A DNA stretch of 63,940 bases, the filler included, from Hausera hauseri (lineage: Eukaryota), in NCBI GenBank assembly GCA_046269625.1. It is 12 parts of 12 records of this genome, joined end to end, with 100 filler letters (N's around TTAATTAATTAA, not from the genome) between each part and the next. Parts side by side here need not be neighbours in the genome. Positions count along the whole stretch, not along the records: positions 56,384 to 63,940 come from JBJURY010006679.1; 11 more parts are not named here. One strand, 5' to 3'. The position numbers were made by a program, and so were the translations under genes. Positions within the stretch are counted from its first letter, which is position 1, and every line of letters begins with the position of its first letter. The notes under the pieces are model-generated. The model had not been told where the DNA came from, did no database searches, and worked only from the letters and a program-made list of their open reading frames with translations. Below, one piece after another: positions 61,888 to 63,940 of the stretch.

Positions 61888-62675
61888 TTTTAATCACTGC
61901 TAAAAACGTTTTTAGAACAAAGTCGAAAAAAGGAGGGTTTTTAAACGTATTTTAATAAAAAAAACGTTAAATTGAATATTTTTAAATGGTCGGGTGAGTC
62001 CGGCCGATTCGCAAAAAGAAATTACTTTTTTGTCATCACGAATTCCCTTAATTTAATTCAAATGTTCGATCTAACAATTTAAATACTGTGAAAAAATCGG
62101 GAACCGCACGCGGCCACAACACACGGATTTCAAAGAACTTTTTGCTACTCTGAAATCCGTCAAAAAATCAGAATTTTTTTTAACTGACCCCAAACAAAAT
62201 TAAACCATGTGATAACATTCATTGAATTATGCTCAAATTACACAGTCTATCATAATATAGCCAACTGATGTAAAGGGAGAAATATAATTTAAACGCCCTT
62301 ATGTCGTAGGCCTTTCAATAGATTCTATGGCATATCGACACAAACGTTCGTGAAAACAAAAGTTGCCTTCCGAGCCACCAACATTTTATTCATTATTTCT
62401 GTTTGGATATTGTGTTATCTGAATGCGGTTACCACAGCGATAAAGGTGGAATAGACGAGTCATTTTCTGTTCTCGTTTATAATTAGTAACTGTAAATAGC
62501 TAATGAAATAGCTCTTGCTGTTTAAACTATTGTTTCAATTTGTGGGAGTTGCATCTTAGCCATCAAATAGTCTTGTATATAAAAAAATGTTTCCCAAAAG
62601 TAATTATTTAACATTTAACAAATCTGAATGTTTAGTAATTTTTATTGATTTATTTCGTAATTTCCCCATTCAATA

Positions 62676-63940
62676 CAGGCTGATCAACAAAAATCGGGTA
62701 TTCGTTTATTTAAATGATCAATCTTGACCTTGTTGCTATGGATCCGATTGTTGTTTTATTAAATTATTATTTATTATGATTTATTTTACTACAGTTGTGG
62801 TAAAAATTTAATCCACAAAGATAATATTGATGTAAACGTTCAAAATTAAAATAAAGACTGTTCTATTCAAAAACCCAGCAGACTAAAACGCTTATATATT
62901 CCGAGCAATTTGACCAATTTTCAAAAGTAAACCAGTTTTAGAAACATATTTGAAAAAACGACATAAAAAAGTAAATAAAAATTTTTGACAAAATTTTTTA
63001 TTTTTTCTGGAACTCCTTCCATCATTCCTTTTATAGAGCTTTCAGTCACTTTCTCTGATGCCCTCTTCCACTTTCTCTTGAAATCTTGTAGTCTTTTGGT
63101 AGCTCCTTTTGTCTCATTCAAATCTCTTTTTACCAGAGCCCGATATCTTTTGATTGGCCTGAGCTCTGGGCAATTTGATGGATTTGCCTCCCTTGGAACA
63201 AAAACCACTCTATTCGCGTTCTACCACTCCACGGTCGTTTGACTGTAGTGTCATGAAGTTAAATCCGGCCAAAAGAATGCTGACACATTGTGTTCACGTA
63301 AAAATGGCAAAAGTCCCTTTTGCAAGCACTCATTGATAAAAATTGTTGAGTTAACAGTGCCTTGACTCATGAAAAATTTGCTCCTTTTTCCGCAAGAGCA
63401 TATTGCTAGCCAAACGAGGAATCTTTTGGGAAATTTCGATTGTTTCCTGGTCCTAAAATGTTCGTCGACATTCCCTCTACTGTGTGCAACATAAAACCCC
63501 TGTCCAGGAAGCTGTGAGAATTCGCCCAACGCATAAGTCTCGTTGTCCATAACGCAGCAGCGAAATTTTGAGAAAAAATCAGCTTTTAACTTTCGGTTAC
63601 ATTGTTTTGCCAGTTCATTCTTCACAGCGTTTCTATCTGGCACTTTTTGGACTTTGCAGGTCTTTAGTACACTTTTTTTTAAAAAAATTCTGTGAACAGT
63701 TGATTTTTTAGCAACCCACCTTTTGAGCCACTTTCCGTACAGAGGTGTTGGGTTTCGTCTTCAAAATTTCAACAACTTTGCTGGCTGTTCTTGGGCTCCG
63801 AAAACCCTTTTCCCTCCGGATCCTTCTTTGCGGTTGATTGTCATGTATTGTTGGAAACCTGATGACATTTGATACCGTTCCTCTGTAAACGCCAGCCTCC
63901 TTTGCTATTTTGATGAAGCTCCATTCCGTGTGTTCTTGAC
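62676..63940 (-). mobile_element. IS630-Tc1-mariner DD37E transposon, decayed
   Basis: VMDNETY, KFPKRFLVW.AICSCG, FWPDL..37 aa..RPI(E>K). Right end TA-CAGGCTGATCAAC at 62674-62688. Confidence 0.9.

Overview
This is not one locus. It is 12 short eukaryotic contigs joined by 11 artificial 100-nt linkers (N44-TTAATTAATTAA-N44, stops in all six frames), plus one plain 100-N scaffold gap. The content is almost entirely decayed mobile DNA. LTR elements: four copies of a CsRn1-like Ty3/Gypsy family and two other Gypsy elements. Other retroelements: Jockey LINEs and a fish-type L1 ORF1. DNA elements: Polinton/Maverick fragments (pPolB, a DEDD-like accessory gene), Harbinger, piggyBac, hAT, hATm and three Tc1/mariner-superfamily relics. 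There are also intronless fragments of host genes (CPSF2, importin-alpha, CSE1L) and a teleost-type SAMD9-like fragment. The mix of fish-like and divergent invertebrate-like DNA suggests a fish plus parasite/associate sample (inference). The best novelty candidate is a ~690-aa orphan protein present in two diverged copies (31641-33742 and 43856-45919). Each copy sits just upstream of a polypurine tract plus TGTT LTR start (the env/ORF3 position), each is preceded by a splice acceptor, and each contains what looks like a catalytically dead DnaQ/DEDDh exonuclease domain. Secondary candidates: a conserved SILK (PP1-docking-like) motif and doubled CHCC knuckle in the CsRn1-like family, a second orphan domain in another Gypsy element, and a chain of captured host-gene fragments. 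All family calls are by-eye motif recognition; no searches were run.
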